64,000 bases of DNA from an uncultured Microthrixaceae bacterium. GTDB taxonomy: Bacteria > Actinomycetota > Acidimicrobiia > Acidimicrobiales > VFJN01. The first letter of the stretch is position 1, and each line of letters opens with the position of its first letter. Position numbers and translations under genes: made by a program. Below are positions 1 through 9,172 of this stretch, one piece after another. The notes under the pieces are model-generated. The model had not been told where the DNA came from. It searched no databases and saw nothing but the letters and a program-made list of their open reading frames with translations. The stretch covers positions 1,439,166 through 1,503,165 of the forward strand of contig OY970242.1 of NCBI GenBank assembly GCA_963715505.1, written 5' to 3'.

Positions 1-497
1 CGCACCGCACCGCCCATGGCGTCGGGCTGCGCTCGAACGTCACCATCATGTTCGGCGCCGTCGAGCAGCCCCGGTCGTGGGCGCGCCACCTCGTCGTCAC
101 CCGGGCCCTGCAGAAGGAGACGGGCGGGTTCACCGAGTTCGTGCCCCTGCCCTTCGTGCACATGGCAGCGCCGATCTACCTGCAACGCAAGGCGCGCCGC
201 GGCCCGACCTTCCGGGAGGCGCTGCTGATGCATGCCGTCGGCCGCATCGCCTACCGGGGCTGGATCGACAACATCCAGGTGTCGTGGGTCAAGCTCGGCG
301 AGGGCGGCGCCAAGCAGATCCTCCAGGCCGGTGCCAACGACCTCGGGGGCACCCTCATGGACGAGAACATCTCGCGGGCCGCCGGCGCGGCCCACGGCCA
401 GATGATGGACGAGACCGGCTTCCGGGGCTGGGTCGAGCCGCTGGGGCGCCGCCTCGAGGAGCGCACGACCCTCTACGGGCGTCCCGCGGTGGTCTGA
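1..497 (+). CDS. fbiC: FO synthase FbiC, C-terminal (CofH-like) part; 5' end lies outside the window
   Basis: Open from the window edge (frame 3) to TGA 495-497. TEFVPLPFVHMAAPIYL and NDLGGTLMDENISRAAG are typical of the CofH/FbiC radical-SAM C-terminus. High GC3. Confidence 0.75.
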   Translation, partial: HRTAHGVGLRSNVTIMFGAVEQPRSWARHLVVTRALQKETGGFTEFVPLPFVHMAAPIYLQRKARRGPTFREALLMHAVGRIAYRGWIDNIQVSWVKLGEGGAKQILQAGANDLGGTLMDENISRAAGAAHGQMMDETGFRGWVEPLGRRLEERTTLYGRPAVV

Positions 498-677
498 TCA
501 GGCCCACCAGCCCTCGTCGAGCTTGGCCTCGATGTCCCGGGCGTGGGCCCGGGTGCACGCCAGGCAGAGCCGGTCGTCGCCACGGGGCGAGCTCGACAGC
601 GACCAGCCGGCCGGCAGGCCCGCTCCACCGGCGTCGTCGTCGCTCGTGTCGCCGCAGCGGCTGCACGTCGTGGCCAC
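498..677 (-). CDS. small zinc-ribbon-like protein (59 aa, CSRC...CLAC, ends DIEAKLDEGWWA)
   Basis: Last 59 codons of ORF 498..1742, with an in-frame GTG at 675-677. High GC3, whereas the rest of that ORF is the antisense shadow of the LOG gene. Its stop abuts the fbiC stop (TGATCA). Confidence 0.55.
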   Translation of the reverse strand: MATTCSRCGDTSDDDAGGAGLPAGWSLSSSPRGDDRLCLACTRAHARDIEAKLDEGWWA

Positions 678-710
678 AGGCGGACGGTACTCGCGCGAGG
701 CTGGCCGCCG

Positions 711-1778
711 ATGCCTGACGTAGAGGACCTCATCGACCAGCTGATCGAAGCGGCCGGCGCCACGGCCAACCGCGACGTCCTGCGCGACATCCTGCGGTCG
801 GCGGCGGGGCTGGCCGGCGACCAGGCCGACCGGCTCGACCTGAAGATCACCGCCTCGGCGCTGAGCGAGATGCGCGCCGCCTTCGCGATGTTCGCCCCGT
901 TCGAGGGCATCCCCAAGGTCACGATCTTCGGCTCGGCGCGCACCCGCTCCGACGATCCCCTCTACGCCCAGGCCCGGGACCTGGCTCGTCGCCTGGCGCT
1001 CGACGGCTGGATGGTGATCACCGGTGCCGGGCCGGGGATCATGGCGGCGGGCGCCGAGGGCGCCGGTCCTGAGCGCTCGATCGGCGTCAGCATCCGGCTC
1101 CCCTTCGAGGAGAAGCTGAACGACACGCTCGCCGACGGCGGGCAGGTCGTCGCCATGAAGTACTTCTTCACGCGCAAGCTCATGCTCATCAAGGAGTCCT
1201 CGGCGTTCGTGTGCCTCCCCGGCGGCTTCGGCACGCAGGACGAGACCTTCGAGCTGCTCACGCTCCTGCAGACGGGCAAGGCCATGCCGGCACCCGTCGT
1301 GCTCCTCGACGTGCCCGGCGGCAGCTACTGGGCCAGCTGGGTGCAGTACGTCGACGACGAGCTGGTGGCCGCGGGGCTCGTCTCCCCGCACGACCACGAC
1401 CTGTACCTCGTCACCGACGACGTCGACACCGGTGTCGCCGAGATCGACCGGTTCTGGCGCAACTACCACTCGATCCGCTGGGTGGGGAGCCGCCTCGTCG
1501 TGCGCCTCCGCCAGATGCCCACCGAGGAGGAGGTGGCGGAGCTCAACGAGGCCTTCGGCGACCTGCTCATCAGCGGCGAGATCAAGCTCACCGAGCCGCT
1601 CCCCGCCGAGGTGCGCAGCGACGACCACCTTGACCTCCCGCGCCTCGTCATGCGCTACGACCCCCGCAAGGCGGGGCGGCTGCGCGCCCTGATCGACGCG
1701 CTCAACGACCTGCCCACCGCCCGAGTCGGCGGCCCCGACCACGCCCCCGAGGACGACCCGGCCCAGCTCAGCGAGTAG
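711..1778 (+). CDS. LOG-family (TIGR00730 / lysine-decarboxylase-like) protein with N- and C-terminal extensions
   Basis: ATG at 711 inside ORF 543..1778. Motifs VTIFGSAR, GAGPGIMAAG and LPGGFGTQDETFE (PGGxGTxxE). Confidence 0.85.
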   Translation: MPDVEDLIDQLIEAAGATANRDVLRDILRSAAGLAGDQADRLDLKITASALSEMRAAFAMFAPFEGIPKVTIFGSARTRSDDPLYAQARDLARRLALDGWMVITGAGPGIMAAGAEGAGPERSIGVSIRLPFEEKLNDTLADGGQVVAMKYFFTRKLMLIKESSAFVCLPGGFGTQDETFELLTLLQTGKAMPAPVVLLDVPGGSYWASWVQYVDDELVAAGLVSPHDHDLYLVTDDVDTGVAEIDRFWRNYHSIRWVGSRLVVRLRQMPTEEEVAELNEAFGDLLISGEIKLTEPLPAEVRSDDHLDLPRLVMRYDPRKAGRLRALIDALNDLPTARVGGPDHAPEDDPAQLSE

Positions 1779-1790
1779 CCGAGGAGGACG

Positions 1791-1976
1791 TCACTCCCCG
1801 AGGATGCCGATGGCCTTCTCGACGGCTCGTCGGGCGCGGGCGAGGCGGCGCTCGTCGACCGGCAGCTCCGTCCCGCCGGCATCGATCGACTCCCGGAGCC
1901 GCTGCATGCCGAGATCGGCGAGCTCCTCCGAGATGATCTCGAGCCTGCTTCGGATCTCGTCGAACTCCCCGGCCAT
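1791..1976 (-). CDS. small helical hypothetical protein (61 aa)
   Basis: ATG at 1974-1976. Only the C-terminal 61 codons of ORF 1791..2912 show high GC3 and a non-shadow composition (MAGEFDEIRSRLEIISEELADLG...). Confidence 0.6.
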   Translation of the reverse strand: MAGEFDEIRSRLEIISEELADLGMQRLRESIDAGGTELPVDERRLARARRAVEKAIGILGE

Positions 1977-2027
1977 GGGCGGCGAGCGTAGGCGCGGCGC
2001 GGCGACCACGGACACTAACGTGGGAAG

Positions 2028-2753
2028 GTGCCCGAGGACCTCCACGAGTGGATCAGCTTCGAAGACCCCGACGAGGAGCGCACCTGGGTCTTCGACCTCA
2101 CCTTCCTCACGAGCGCGTGGACGTGCATCTACGGGCGCGGCTGCCAGGGCGTCCTCACCGGACCGGCACCTGAGCTGGAGCTGGGTTGCTGCAGCTACGG
2201 CGCCCACTTCGTCGACGAGGACGACGAGGCCACCACGCTGGAGTACGCCGCGCTGCTCACCGATGCGCAGTGGCAGCACCGCGCCACCGCCATCCGCAAG
2301 GGCGGGGCCACCAAGCGCAACAAGGCCGGCGAGATCAAGACGCGCCTCGTCGACGGCGCCTGCATCTTCCTCAACCGGCCCGGCTTCGAGGGCGGGATCG
2401 GCTGCGCCCTGCACAAGGCCGCGCTGGACCACGGCAAGCGGCCGCTCGACTGGAAGCCCGACGTCTGCTGGCAGCTGCCGCTGCGGCTCGAGGAGCACAC
2501 CGACGACGACGGGCACGTCACCAGCACGCTGCGGGAGTGGAAGCGGCGCGACTGGGGTGCCGGCGGGGCGGAGTTCCACTGGTGGTGCACCGACGACCCG
2601 CTTGCCTTCGTCGACCGCAGTCCCGTCTACGAGACGATGCACGACGAGATCGTCGAGCTCGTGGGGGCCAAGGCCTACGACCTGCTGGTCGAGCACGTGG
2701 CGGGGAGGATGCGCTCGCAGTACCTTCCCCACCCTGCCCTCCGGCGCAGGTGA
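2028..2753 (+). CDS. conserved cysteine-rich hypothetical protein (possible metal/Fe-S binding)
   Basis: 241-aa ORF with a GTG start, balanced composition and clusters CIYGRGCQ, GCCSYG, ACIFLN and GCALH. Ends 20 nt before the AAA gene. Confidence 0.8.
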   Translation: MPEDLHEWISFEDPDEERTWVFDLTFLTSAWTCIYGRGCQGVLTGPAPELELGCCSYGAHFVDEDDEATTLEYAALLTDAQWQHRATAIRKGGATKRNKAGEIKTRLVDGACIFLNRPGFEGGIGCALHKAALDHGKRPLDWKPDVCWQLPLRLEEHTDDDGHVTSTLREWKRRDWGAGGAEFHWWCTDDPLAFVDRSPVYETMHDEIVELVGAKAYDLLVEHVAGRMRSQYLPHPALRRR

Positions 2754-2772
2754 CACGGCAGACGGGACCCAC

Positions 2773-3705
2773 ATGATCTTCAACGCCGAGGAGCTCGGCT
2801 TTGCCGCGAAGCGCAACGGCCTGCACTTCCCCGAGCACGTCCTCGACCAGCTCGTGGCGGCCATCGACAGCGGCAAGCACGTGGTGCTCACCGGCCCGCC
2901 CGGCACCGGCAAGACGACCCTCGCCTACCTCACGGCCGAGGTGGCGCAGAAGGCGATGCTCTGCACCGGCTACCTCCCGACCACGGCGACCACCGAGTGG
3001 ACGACCTTCGAGACGATCGGCGGCTTCCAGCCCACGGCGGAGGGGCTGATCTTCCGGCCGGGCATGTTCATCGACGCCATCGAGTCCGGCCGCTGGCTCG
3101 TCATCGACGAGCTGAACCGCTCGAACTTCGACCGCGCCTTCGGCCAGCTCTTCACCGTGCTCTCGGGCCAGCCCGTCGTGCTGCCCTTCAAGCGCGGCGG
3201 ACGGGTGCAGCCGCTGTCGCTCGTACCGCCGGGCGTCGAGCCGCCCGTCGACACCGACCCGATCAAGCTGCCGGCGTCGTGGCGGATCCTCGCCACGATG
3301 AACGTCTTCGACAAGAACCTGCTCTTCGAGATGTCCTACGCCCTCATGCGCCGATTCGCGTTCGTCGAGGTCACCAGCCCGTCCGACGAGGCCTTCAACG
3401 AGCTCCTCGACGGCTCGGGCGACGTGGTGCGCGAGCTACTGCCGCTCCGGCGCTTCCGCGACCTCGGGCCTGCCGTCTACCTCGACGCCGCCAAGTTCGC
3501 CAGGCGCAGGGCGGAGGACGCCCCGAGCCGCTCCCGCCTGCTCTACGAGATCTTCTACGGCTACTTCCTGCCCCAGTTCGAGGGCATCGACGACGAGCAG
3601 GCGATCGAGCTGTACTACAGCGTGGCTGAGCTGCTCGACGACACCGAGCAGGCGGAGGCGCGGCGCACGATCGGTGAGGTGCTCGGCACGGCCCTGCCCG
3701 TGTGA
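2773..3705 (+). CDS. McrB-family AAA+ (AAA_5) GTPase core, no N-terminal DNA-reader domain
   Basis: ATG at 2773 inside ORF 1804..3705. Walker A GPPGTGKT. LVIDELNRSNFDRAFGQLF parallels the McrB DEINRAN block. ATMNVFDKN...SYALMRRF parallels McrB MNTADRS...DYALRRRF, so NxxD is retained. Confidence 0.85.
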   Translation: MIFNAEELGFAAKRNGLHFPEHVLDQLVAAIDSGKHVVLTGPPGTGKTTLAYLTAEVAQKAMLCTGYLPTTATTEWTTFETIGGFQPTAEGLIFRPGMFIDAIESGRWLVIDELNRSNFDRAFGQLFTVLSGQPVVLPFKRGGRVQPLSLVPPGVEPPVDTDPIKLPASWRILATMNVFDKNLLFEMSYALMRRFAFVEVTSPSDEAFNELLDGSGDVVRELLPLRRFRDLGPAVYLDAAKFARRRAEDAPSRSRLLYEIFYGYFLPQFEGIDDEQAIELYYSVAELLDDTEQAEARRTIGEVLGTALPV

Positions 3706-4715
3706 GCCACGCCATGGACACCGCGGTCACCAGCACCGCCGCGCTGCTCGAGCGCCTCGCCCGCCCGTACGAGCCGGCGCACGTCGTGGCGGCGATGCTC
3801 GGCCTGCCGACGCGCTTCGCGCGCCAGCTGGTCGGCGCCGCCCTGGCATGCAGCCGCGAGGCCGAGGAGCTGCTCGCGGCGCTGCCACAGCTCATGCGGT
3901 CCTTGGCGATCGCCACCACCGACCGCCCCGTGCGCTGCTACGGCGAGCTGCGCGGCCCGGTGCTGTGGTCCGAGACGATGTCGGCGCGCTCGGCTTCTGC
4001 CGGCGACCCCGGGCTCTACGTCTGCGCGACGACCACCAAGGCCTACGACACCGACGAGAACCGGGTGCTGAAGCTCGCCCTCGACACGATCCGGGCGGCC
4101 GGGCACGCCGCCGAGTACGGCCGTGACGCGGCGATCGACGACGTGACGCGCGCGGCCCGCCACAACGGGCACGTGGCAGCGCGCATGCTCGAGCACCAGG
4201 CGCTGTCCGCCGTGCCGGTCGCGCGCCTCACCGGGCGAGCGCTGCGGCGCACCCGCGCCGGGAGCCGGCGCGCCAGGTACCGGCCCGCCCTCGCCGTGCT
4301 GCGGCGGGCGGCGGACCCGGTGGGCGTCGAGCACCTCGACCCGCTGGTCGACCGCTACACGCGCGCTCGTAACGCCCTGCTGGTCGACGTCCTCGAAGGG
4401 GTCGAGCGTGCGGTCGGGGCCGTGCCGCCGCTGCGCAGCTCGCACGGGTCGCTGGTGGCGGGGGTCGTCCGCTTCCACCACCCGGGCCGGCGCAACGACG
4501 ACGGCGAGCTCGACGGCGTGCGGGTGGGCGACGTGCTCCTCGACGTCCCCCATCCCGGAGATCTCGAACCCGACCGGTCACGGGCACGGCTGGAGGCCCG
4601 CGCCGGTGCGCTCCTGCCGATCCTGGTGGTCGAGCCCGCCGACGTGGACCGGGCGATCGAGCGGGCCGGGCCGGCGCTACGAGGCGGTCAGCTCAGTCGT
4701 CGTCCGACGCCTTGA
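3702..4715 (+). CDS. partner protein of the McrB-like GTPase (weakly McrC/DUF2357-like); function unknown
   Basis: Its GTG at 3702 overlaps the upstream TGA (GTGA); an alternative in-frame ATG lies at 3714. YDTDENRVLKLAL resembles the McrC-family N-terminal region. I could not recognise a PD-(D/E)xK motif. Confidence 0.65.
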   Translation: MSHAMDTAVTSTAALLERLARPYEPAHVVAAMLGLPTRFARQLVGAALACSREAEELLAALPQLMRSLAIATTDRPVRCYGELRGPVLWSETMSARSASAGDPGLYVCATTTKAYDTDENRVLKLALDTIRAAGHAAEYGRDAAIDDVTRAARHNGHVAARMLEHQALSAVPVARLTGRALRRTRAGSRRARYRPALAVLRRAADPVGVEHLDPLVDRYTRARNALLVDVLEGVERAVGAVPPLRSSHGSLVAGVVRFHHPGRRNDDGELDGVRVGDVLLDVPHPGDLEPDRSRARLEARAGALLPILVVEPADVDRAIERAGPALRGGQLSRRPTP

Positions 4716-4891
4716 CGTCGTCGTCGTCGAGGGCACCGTACTTGCGTGCCGAGCGCGGCGTACTCGTCGTCGTCGTCGACATCGGTGTCGGTGTCGTCAG
4801 GCCGGCTCGTGTCGTTGCTGAACAGGAAGTCCGGACCCGACTGCTTGAGCTTGCGCGCTTCTTCGAAGCGCCGATGGCGTCCCTTCTTCAC
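4688..4891 (-). CDS. small basic-N / acidic-C protein (DUF3073-like); 3' end probably frameshifted
   Basis: GTG at 4889-4891, VKKGRHRRFEEARKLKQ...DDDDEYAALGT. After about 4745 GC3 collapses in this frame. The adjacent frame reads KYGALDDDDVKASDDD* with high GC3 (stop at 4693-4695). Confidence 0.5.
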   Translation of the reverse strand: MKKGRHRRFEEARKLKQSGPDFLFSNDTSRPDDTDTDVDDDDEYAALGTQVRCPRRRRRQGVGRRLS

Positions 4892-4959
4892 GGAACGGCT
4901 CCCGAGGCTCGCAGGGGTGAAGGTGGACCGTCACCATAGCGCGGAGGTCCCGCGACCAC

Positions 4960-6129
4960 TCACTCGGTGATCGGCACCCCGGAGCGGGTCTCCAGCACCA
5001 GCCGGCCACCCTCCTCGAGGGCCAACGAGGCCTCGCCGGCGGCCAGGGCACGGATCGGCTCGCCCACCACGTCGTGCCGCCAGCCGGTGGCGAGGCGGCC
5101 CCCGTCACCCATCAGCAGCGACTCGATGTCCGAGCGCGTGGCGAGGATGGCGGCGTCGATGTCGAGGTCGCGGGCCCGCTGGGCGGCCCAGGCGCTGACC
5201 AGCGAGGCGGCGGCTCGGTGGGACCGGTCGACCGTCGCCGTGGTGGGCACCTCGAGGTTCTCGAGGGGCAGGGCGAGCCCCTCGGCGACGACCTCGAGCA
5301 GCTCCTTGGCAGGCGCGCCCTTGCGCTTCCCCTCGTCGAGACCACGGACGCGCCGCAGGTCGTCCTCGGCCTTGGGGGGCCGCTGCGCCATCGAGACGAG
5401 GGCGAGGTCGGGCAGGAGGAACCGCACGGGGCGGTCGAGCTGCTCCGCCTTGCGCTCCCGCCACGAGGCGAGCGCCTGGGCGACAGCGGCCGCGCGGCCC
5501 CGCAGCGTGCGAGCCTCCTTGATCCGCCACCAGGCCCGGTCAGGCTCGGGCGCGTCGATCGCCCGGGTGCGGTGGAGCTCGCACTCGTCGAGCGCCCACT
5601 GGAGCCGTCCCCGAGCCTCGAGCTTCTCGACGAGCCGGCGGTGGAGCTCGTGGAGGTGGGCGACGTCGGAGGCGGCGTAGTCGATGGCCCGCTCTGCCAG
5701 CGGCCGGGCCATCCAGTCGGTGAGGCGGTCCGCCTTGGGGAGCTTGACGCCCAGCTCGCCCTGCACGAGCCCGGCGAGGCCGACGCTGCTGTAGCCGACG
5801 AAGCCGGCGGCGACCTGGGTGTCGAACAAGCGGCTCGGCACGGTGCCGCACACCCGGGCCAGGATCTCCAGGTCTTGGCTGGCGGCGTGCATCACGCAGA
5901 CCCCCGGACCGGCGAGCACCTCGGCGAGCGGTGCGACGTCGACGGCCAGCGGGTCGACCACGGCGACCCCACCTGGCCAGGCGAGCTGCAGCAGCGCGAG
6001 CCGGGCGTGGTAGGTGCGCTCGCGGTGGAACTCGGTGTCGAGGCCGTAGACGTCGGCCCGCCGCAGCTCGGCGAGCACCTGCTCGAGCCCTGCTTCGTCG
6101 TCGACCCAGAGGTGGTCGTGCTCGCTCAC
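4960..6129 (-). CDS. rnd: ribonuclease D (DEDDy 3'-5' exonuclease + HRDC)
   Basis: GTG at 6127-6129 inside ORF 4960..6423. Motifs LDTEF, HAASQDLEIL and YAASDVAHL. The N-terminal 98 codons of the ORF overlap the rhodanese gene and look like shadow. Confidence 0.9.
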   Translation of the reverse strand: MSEHDHLWVDDEAGLEQVLAELRRADVYGLDTEFHRERTYHARLALLQLAWPGGVAVVDPLAVDVAPLAEVLAGPGVCVMHAASQDLEILARVCGTVPSRLFDTQVAAGFVGYSSVGLAGLVQGELGVKLPKADRLTDWMARPLAERAIDYAASDVAHLHELHRRLVEKLEARGRLQWALDECELHRTRAIDAPEPDRAWWRIKEARTLRGRAAAVAQALASWRERKAEQLDRPVRFLLPDLALVSMAQRPPKAEDDLRRVRGLDEGKRKGAPAKELLEVVAEGLALPLENLEVPTTATVDRSHRAAASLVSAWAAQRARDLDIDAAILATRSDIESLLMGDGGRLATGWRHDVVGEPIRALAAGEASLALEEGGRLVLETRSGVPITE

Positions 6130-6157
6130 GACTGCGCCGCGCGATGCGCCCGATGGG

Positions 6158-6475
6158 TCACGGCGCCCCTGACTCGGTCGGCAGGCCGGCTTCGATCCAG
6201 CCGAGCGTGCCACCGGCCACGTTGACGGCGTCGATCCCGAGGCTGCGGTAGTGCTCCACCGCCTTGGCGCTTCGGCCGCCACGCGCGCAGATGACGTAGA
6301 CGGTGCGATCTCGTGGCACCTCCCCGGCGCGGTCCGCGACCTCACCCAAGGGGATGTGCCGCACGCCCGGGACGCGTCCCTCGGCCAGCTCGGCCGGCTC
6401 TCGCACGTCGATGACGGGCGCACCCGCCTCCCGCTGCGCCGCCAGCTCGGTCACGTCGACCTCGGGGATGTCCAT
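6158..6475 (-). CDS. single-domain rhodanese-like sulfurtransferase
   Basis: ATG at 6473-6475 (alternative GTG at 6499). Active-site loop CARGGRS and GGTLGW. Confidence 0.85.
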   Translation of the reverse strand: MDIPEVDVTELAAQREAGAPVIDVREPAELAEGRVPGVRHIPLGEVADRAGEVPRDRTVYVICARGGRSAKAVEHYRSLGIDAVNVAGGTLGWIEAGLPTESGAP

Positions 6476-6502
6476 CGGCTGGAGGCTACCGCTGGGCACC
6501 GT

Positions 6503-7744
6503 TCACTCGGTGACGGCCCCGTAGGTCGCCGTCACCCCACGGCTCGTCCCGCCCGCCTCCACGGCGACGGTGAGGTCGGCGAGGAACGAGTCGACCACCG
6601 CCAGGTGGCCCGGCCAGAGCATGAGGTGCAGGCCGCCCTGCTGGCGGTCGAGGTGCCAGCCGCGGTCGTCCATGGCGTCGCCCACGGCGCCCAGGTCGTG
6701 CTCGTCCGAGGCGATCTGCATCACGCCGATCACCGGTTCCCCGGTGATGTGCAGCCCGTCGATGGCCTCGATCCCCCGCCGGAAGCGCATCGTCGCGTCG
6801 CGGACCTGCGCAGCGAGCCGCAGGTAGCCCGCCTCGCCGAGGTGGCAGATCGTGGCCCACGCTGCCGCGATCGGCGCGGCAGGCCGGGTGCCGGCCGTGG
6901 TCGCCGATCCGTAGACGCCGCCCGGCCAGTCGTCGTAGACGAAGTGCTGCAGCCGCACCATCGACGGGTCGGCATGGAGCAGGACCGAGGCGCCCTTGAA
7001 GCACCACCCGTACTTGTGGATGTCGGCGGAGATCGACGTCACACCCGCGACCGTGAGGTCCCAGGGCGGCACCGGCTCGCCGAGGCGCTCCCAGAACGGC
7101 AGCAGCCAACCGCCGAGGCAGGCGTCGACGTGGCAGAGGACGCCGGCCTCTGCGGCGAGCGCGGCGATCGCCGGGACCGGGTCGATGACGCCGAACGGGT
7201 AGCACGGGGCCGACCCGACCAGCGAGCGCGGTCCGCTCCGTGATCGCCTCGGCGAGCGCCTCGGGGTCGACCCTGCCGTCCTCCCCCACCGGCACCAGCA
7301 CGTGCTCCACGTCGAGGTAGTGCGCCGCCTTGGCGAAGGCGGGGTGCGCAGTGCTGCCCGTGAGGAGCTGCGGCTCGTGGATGCCGCGGGCCGAGCGGGC
7401 GTGGTCGCGGGCGACCTGCACGGCCAGGAAGATGCTCTCCGTGCCGCCGGAGGTCATCTTGCCGGACGCGTCGGGAGCGCCGAGGAGGTCGGCGGCCATG
7501 GCGACGACCTCGCGCTCCATCTGCAGGAGGCTGGGGAACACGAACGGGTTGAGGTAGTTCTCGTGCAGGTACTCCTGCGCGACCGCCTGCTGCAGGCGAT
7601 CGAGCTCGGGATCGGCGTGGTCGTACACCAAGCTGAAGGTCCGTCCCGCCGCGCCAGTCGGCGTCGCCGCCGCGGCCCGATCGGATCTCGCGCGAGCAGG
7701 TCGTCGGCGGCGCGGCCTTCGGCCGGGAACGGGGTGGCCTCCAT
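6503..7744 (-). pseudogene. PLP-dependent group II decarboxylase / sphingosine-1-phosphate-lyase-like, interrupted by three frameshifts
   Basis: Pieces read MEATPFPAEGRAADDLLA (7744 to ~7692), EIRSGRGGDADWRGG (to ~7645), RTFSLVYDH...MTSGGTESI...AITERTAL (to ~7223) and LVGSAPCYPFGVIDP...SISADIHKYGW... (to 6503). HK is the PLP lysine. Confidence 0.8.
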
Positions 7745-7753
7745 GCGCCGAAC

Positions 7754-8204
7754 CTACTGCGGTGCCCCGGCGAGGTCGGGGGGCGGCCACCCCGGGTCGA
7801 GCTGGCGGAGGAAGAGCGCGCAGCGCTCGCGCCTCGTCGTCCTCGCCGATCGCTGCCGCCGTGGCCTGCAGGCCGGCCAGGGCCCGCAGGAAGCCGCGGT
7901 TGGGCGCGTGCGCCCAGCGCACGTAGCCGCTGCCGCGCCACCCGTTGGCACGGAGGCGGTCGAGGCCCCGGTGGTAGCCGACGCGGTAGGCCGCGTAGCG
8001 CTCCATGACGTCGCGGCCCTCGTCGCCCAGGCGGGCCCAGCCGTCGAGGAAGCGCGGCGATTCGGCCACGACCGCCGCGATGGCGTCCCGTCGTTCCCCG
8101 GCCGGGCGCGCCAGTGCGGCGTCGAGCGCGGCGAGGACGTCGGCGGGCTCCTCGTCGAGGACGACCTCGGGCGGGCCGGACGTGGACAGGGTGACCTCGG
8201 ACAT
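7754..8204 (-). pseudogene. DUF3151-family protein, one frameshift near 7830
   Basis: ATG at 8202-8204, MSEVTLSTSG...YRVGYHRGLDRLRANGWRGSGYVRW...IGEDDEA. The reading continues in another frame as ERCALFLRQLDPGWPPPDLAGAPQ* (stop 7754). Confidence 0.7.
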
Positions 8205-8213
8205 CGCCCGAAC

Positions 8214-9135
8214 CTACCGGCGCGGCCGGTCAGCGGCGTGGTCGGACGATGCAGGCTCGGTGGGCCGGTCGTCGGCAGGGAGCGGCCCGTGGTCGTCGAC
8301 GGCGCCGTCGAGGAAGCGCTCGGTGGCGCTGCGTCCCGCCCGGATCAGCTCGGCGCTGTGCGTGAAGTCGTTGAAGCGCAGCGCCGGCGTCTCGCCGGTC
8401 GGCAGGACGATCGCCTCGACCCCGTCGGGCAGCATGGCGAGGTCGCGCTTGAAGCGGTGGTGGCGAGCGACCCAGTAGGCCTGGACGGCGACATCGAGCG
8501 GGCGCCGCGGATCGGGGCGCGGGCGGTCGATCGTGCCGCAGTGCAGCACGTAGATGGTGCGGGCGCCGAGCTCGACGGCGCGGGTGACCGGCACGTCGTT
8601 GACGATGGCGCCGTCGAGGTAGCGGACGCCGTCGATGTCGACCGCGGGGAACACAGCGGGCAGCGCCGCCGATGCGAGCAGGGGGTCGACGAGCGGACCG
8701 GACGAGAACCACACCTCGCGCACCGCGTCGACGTCGGTGGCCACGCACTGGAAGGTGCAGCGCGAGCTCCTCGAAGGTCTGCACGCGCAGCAAGCCTTCG
8801 ACGAGGCCCCGCAGGCGGTCGTTCGCCTGGAGCGACTCGCCGCGCCGAGCCATGGCGACCGCGTTCGGAAGGATGCCCGACGGCATGATCCCCTTGGCGT
8901 CGAAGCCGTGCCACAGCTCCTCGAGCCGCGCGATGCCCGACAGCGACGGGTCCTGGGCATAGGCCACCCCGTTCAGCGCGCCGACGGAGCACCCGAGCAC
9001 GAGCCCGGGCCGGATGTCGTGCTCGACGAGGGCGCGGAGCATCCCGACCTGGACCGCGCCGTGGTTGCCACCGCCCGAGAGCACGACGGCGACCGGGCCG
9101 GCGCGCCGGCGGAGGAGATCGCGGAGCTTGCCCAT
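8214..9135 (-). pseudogene. patatin-like phospholipase, one frameshift near 8760
   Basis: ATG at 9133-9135. Oxyanion GGGNHG and nucleophile GCSVGA (GxSxG) lie in frame 1. After ...RVQTFEELA the reading switches to CTFQCVATDV...DGAIVNDVP (catalytic DGA/G) in the frame of ORF 8214..8960. Confidence 0.8.
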
Positions 9136-9172
9136 CCCGGCGGCAACGGTACCCGGGGGTACGCTGCGCCTC

